Positions 18,214-20,000 of a DNA stretch of 20,000 nt are shown piece by piece. Source of the DNA: an uncultured virus (IMG/VR IMGVR_UViG_3300030390_001438) (lineage: Duplodnaviria; Heunggongvirae; Uroviricota; Caudoviricetes; Crassvirales); the IMG/VR virus record IMGVR_UViG_3300030390_001438; one strand, 5' to 3'. The notes under the pieces were generated by a model that worked only from the letters and a program-made list of their open reading frames with translations, made no database searches and had not been told where the DNA came from. Every line of letters begins with the position of its first letter. Position 1 is the stretch's first letter. A program made the position numbers and the translations under genes.

Positions 18214-18939
18214 TTAGTTAAAAAATGCTTTTCCTGAAAAAGCAGATTTAAAGGTTATTGTTACTTGGTTTAAACTGTTATACTCTACTTCTCCATATAC
18301 TGTTGTATTTGCCGAGTCTACTACTGATACTGATGGATACTTATTTAAATTATGAGTAACCACCCATGTTGATGCAGGAGTGTTCTGTGTAAATACAAAG
18401 TTTTTGTCTGCTGCTGCTGTAGCATTATATTGCAACAAAGATATAAAATAATCTTCGTTCTTCTTTAAGCTACCGTTGCCAGCTTTGAAGGTTAATGTAA
18501 TGTCGTAAAAGTCGTTATTGGAAGGGTCTTTTGCTTCATTATCCCATTGAAATATTGCCCATTGACTTATGTCATCACATTGAGTAAGAAGTATAGTGCT
18601 TGTTTTAAATGGAGAATTATATAAAGCTGATATATCTATAGGCGGTGTAGATTGATTGCTGTAAGAATCAAACTTGCTCAATACAAATGTATTAATTCCA
18701 CTAAATTGTACTACATCTGCACCAAATGGATCAAAACTTATAGTCGCTGCTTTTAATACACCCTGATTTTGATATGTATATCTTAGTAATTGATTTTGAC
18801 CTGCTCTTGCATTTATAAAATCAGCAACATCTCCTGCAGTAAAGTTTTTGGTTTGAAAACTGTTTTGAGAGTCAGAACCAATCCATTTATCTGCTGATAC
18901 TATATTTACATCATTAGGGTACGTTGCTATTCTTGCCAT
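18214..18939 (-). CDS. Putative fibre adaptor / structural protein (241 aa)
   Basis: N-terminal MARIATYP...DKWIGSD...TKNFT module. C-terminal FVFTQNTPASTWVVTHNLNKYPSVSVVD...VTITF domain similar to the C-terminus of the 735-aa fibre. Confidence 0.7.
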   Translation of the reverse strand: MARIATYPNDVNIVSADKWIGSDSQNSFQTKNFTAGDVADFINARAGQNQLLRYTYQNQGVLKAATISFDPFGADVVQFSGINTFVLSKFDSYSNQSTPPIDISALYNSPFKTSTILLTQCDDISQWAIFQWDNEAKDPSNNDFYDITLTFKAGNGSLKKNEDYFISLLQYNATAAADKNFVFTQNTPASTWVVTHNLNKYPSVSVVDSANTTVYGEVEYNSLNQVTITFKSAFSGKAFFN

Positions 18940-18942
18940 TTG

Positions 18943-19401
18943 TTATTTTTTTATTGATTGCCCTTTTTCATAACTACGCCCTCCGAAGTATGCCGCAACA
19001 ATTGTAATAAGAAGCATTTTTAAAAGTTCTTTCCATTCACTATCCACTGCAAAGTTAATAAATCCTGAATCAATAAAGATAAGCAAGATTGTACTTATTA
19101 AAACAAAGGCTAAAGATAGTGGTCTAATTGATTTAGAAAGCTTATTATCTGATGACATATCTGAAGACCATCTTTTTGACACCTCTTGTAATTCAGTGTT
19201 TTGATGATCATATATCATTTGTTGAAGTTTTATTTTATCTTCAACAGATATTTTTGATTCTGTGATTGCTTGTATAGCTTCTTTAGGAGACAAAACTCCT
19301 TCAAGTAATTTTCCTAAAGAAGGATTGATTACATGAGCAGCTCCCATTAATATTTTTCCTAAAGTAGAATCTTTAAATTTTTTTTTCTTTTTGTCTGGCA
19401 T
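18943..19401 (-). CDS. Holin, 3TM (GTA_holin_3TM-like) family
   Basis: 152 aa with RW..DM.SD..LSK.IRP, two hydrophobic segments (LSLAFVLISTILLIFI; LLKMLLITIVAAYF) and a terminal YFGGRSYEK, the pattern typical of this holin family. Confidence 0.75.
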   Translation of the reverse strand: MPDKKKKKFKDSTLGKILMGAAHVINPSLGKLLEGVLSPKEAIQAITESKISVEDKIKLQQMIYDHQNTELQEVSKRWSSDMSSDNKLSKSIRPLSLAFVLISTILLIFIDSGFINFAVDSEWKELLKMLLITIVAAYFGGRSYEKGQSIKK

Positions 19402-19410
19402 TTTTTACGA

Positions 19411-19590
19411 TCATTTATTTGTTTTATCTTGATCGTGTTTTTTTTGAAGTAACCACCATTTATTTAAAGTATAAGCTATTGAAACTATTAAAAGAGTCAA
19501 TTTTAAAATCATGTCAAGGTTAGAGAAAGATAAAGCAAGAGTACTTGCGTTAAGGGCATATAATTTTATATCTGACATCCAGTTATTCAT
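19411..19590 (-). CDS. Small membrane protein, possible second holin/antiholin (59 aa)
   Basis: Not in the ORF track. Manual translation: MNNWMSDIKLYALNASTLALSFSNLDMILKLTLLIVSIAYTLNKWWLLQKKHDQDKTNK*. Hydrophobic core with a charged C-tail, ending 9 bp before the holin ATG. An alternative start at the second Met is possible. Confidence 0.75.
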   Translation of the reverse strand: MNNWMSDIKLYALNASTLALSFSNLDMILKLTLLIVSIAYTLNKWWLLQKKHDQDKTNK

Positions 19591-19658
19591 TTATTTTCCA
19601 CGTATGTGTAGGTTATTACTAATTCGTCTGACCAAGAGTTGTTTTGTGTATTTTCCAT
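19587..19658 (-). CDS. 23-aa micro-ORF
   Basis: Manual translation MENTQNNSWSDELVITYTYVENK*. The ATG is 1 nt after the upstream TAA, and its TGA overlaps the next ATG (ATGA), so it fills the gap exactly. Confidence 0.5.
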   Translation of the reverse strand: MENTQNNSWSDELVITYTYVENK

Positions 19659-19659
19659 A

Positions 19660-20000
19660 TTACCAAATTGCTAAACAATTTTTACCTGCGGCTGCATCTG
19701 TACCAGTAGCGTATAATTGTACTACTTGAACTGGTAAATATTTGCCTACTGGAAAATTACTAAATGTAACTATACTTCCAGCTATTGTTTTTACTTTAAC
19801 ATCAACATAAGATTTTGCTACATCCATAGTAGCATCACTACTTCCTACATATAATAAACATCCTTCAGAAGAATCTATTCTTGACGAACCGTTAGGGCCT
19901 CCTAAAAATATTTTATAATTATCATCCCAAGTTTCACTTCCATCAAACAAAGTATCTGAAAGAGTTAAATCTACTTCACTGTTTATAGCAGTAACAGTTG
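19660..20000 (-). CDS. Virion protein with RcGTA Rcc01079-like (head spike base) C-terminal domain; 5' end truncated
   Basis: The frame is open beyond the track's TTG at 19950 to the window edge (...TVTAINSEVDLTLSDTLFDG...). The C-terminus LYVG...VKVKTIAGSIVTFSNFPVGKYLPVQVVQLYATGT...LAIW matches from memory the LYVG..G...V.....G..VTF.NVP.G..LP.RV.RV.ATGTTA..IV.L pattern of that family. Confidence 0.6.
   Translation of the reverse strand, partial: TVTAINSEVDLTLSDTLFDGSETWDDNYKIFLGGPNGSSRIDSSEGCLLYVGSSDATMDVAKSYVDVKVKTIAGSIVTFSNFPVGKYLPVQVVQLYATGTDAAAGKNCLAIW

Noticed and set aside
19511..19729. 72-aa plus-strand ORF
   Set aside because: Overlaps three minus-strand ORFs that tile the region with tight start/stop coupling.
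1..20000. Stop-codon reassignment (TAG or TGA), as seen in some crAss-like phages
   Set aside because: All long genes are intact under code 11. TAG (7623, 10109) and TGA (5393, 8464) terminate genes at sensible junctions, and TAG read-through would add only short tails.
18943..20000. Gene transfer agent locus, suggested by the GTA-type holin and Rcc01079-like motif
   Set aside because: Both families also occur in ordinary phages. The terminase, portal and capsid are large podovirus-type proteins unlike RcGTA's, and no host genes are present.

Overview
AT-rich fragment of a tailed dsDNA phage genome, most likely a Bacteroidota (Flavobacteriia-type) podovirus with crAss-like head-gene sizes and order. 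Every credible gene is on the minus strand and densely packed. In transcription order (right to left): a truncated protein ending in an RcGTA Rcc01079-like head-spike-base motif, a 23-aa micro-ORF and a 59-aa membrane protein (both absent from the ORF track), a 3TM-type holin, three fibre-like proteins (241, 735 and 1841 aa; the last is highly repetitive and ends in a peptidase-S74 autocleaving chaperone), small fibre-associated and structural genes, a tandem GroES-like protein, a 2OG-Fe(II) oxygenase, small and large terminase, an 811-aa portal, a very basic 104-aa protein, a scaffold-like protein, and a major capsid protein running off the left edge (also absent from the ORF track). The only two sizeable intergenic gaps each contain a Bacteroidota TAnnTTTG -7 promoter element. 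The most intriguing pattern is a possible daisy-chain fibre system, in which both genes ending in a 'VVTHNL' domain are followed by a gene starting MAIR[YF]L. All family assignments come from motif recognition by eye; no searches were run.
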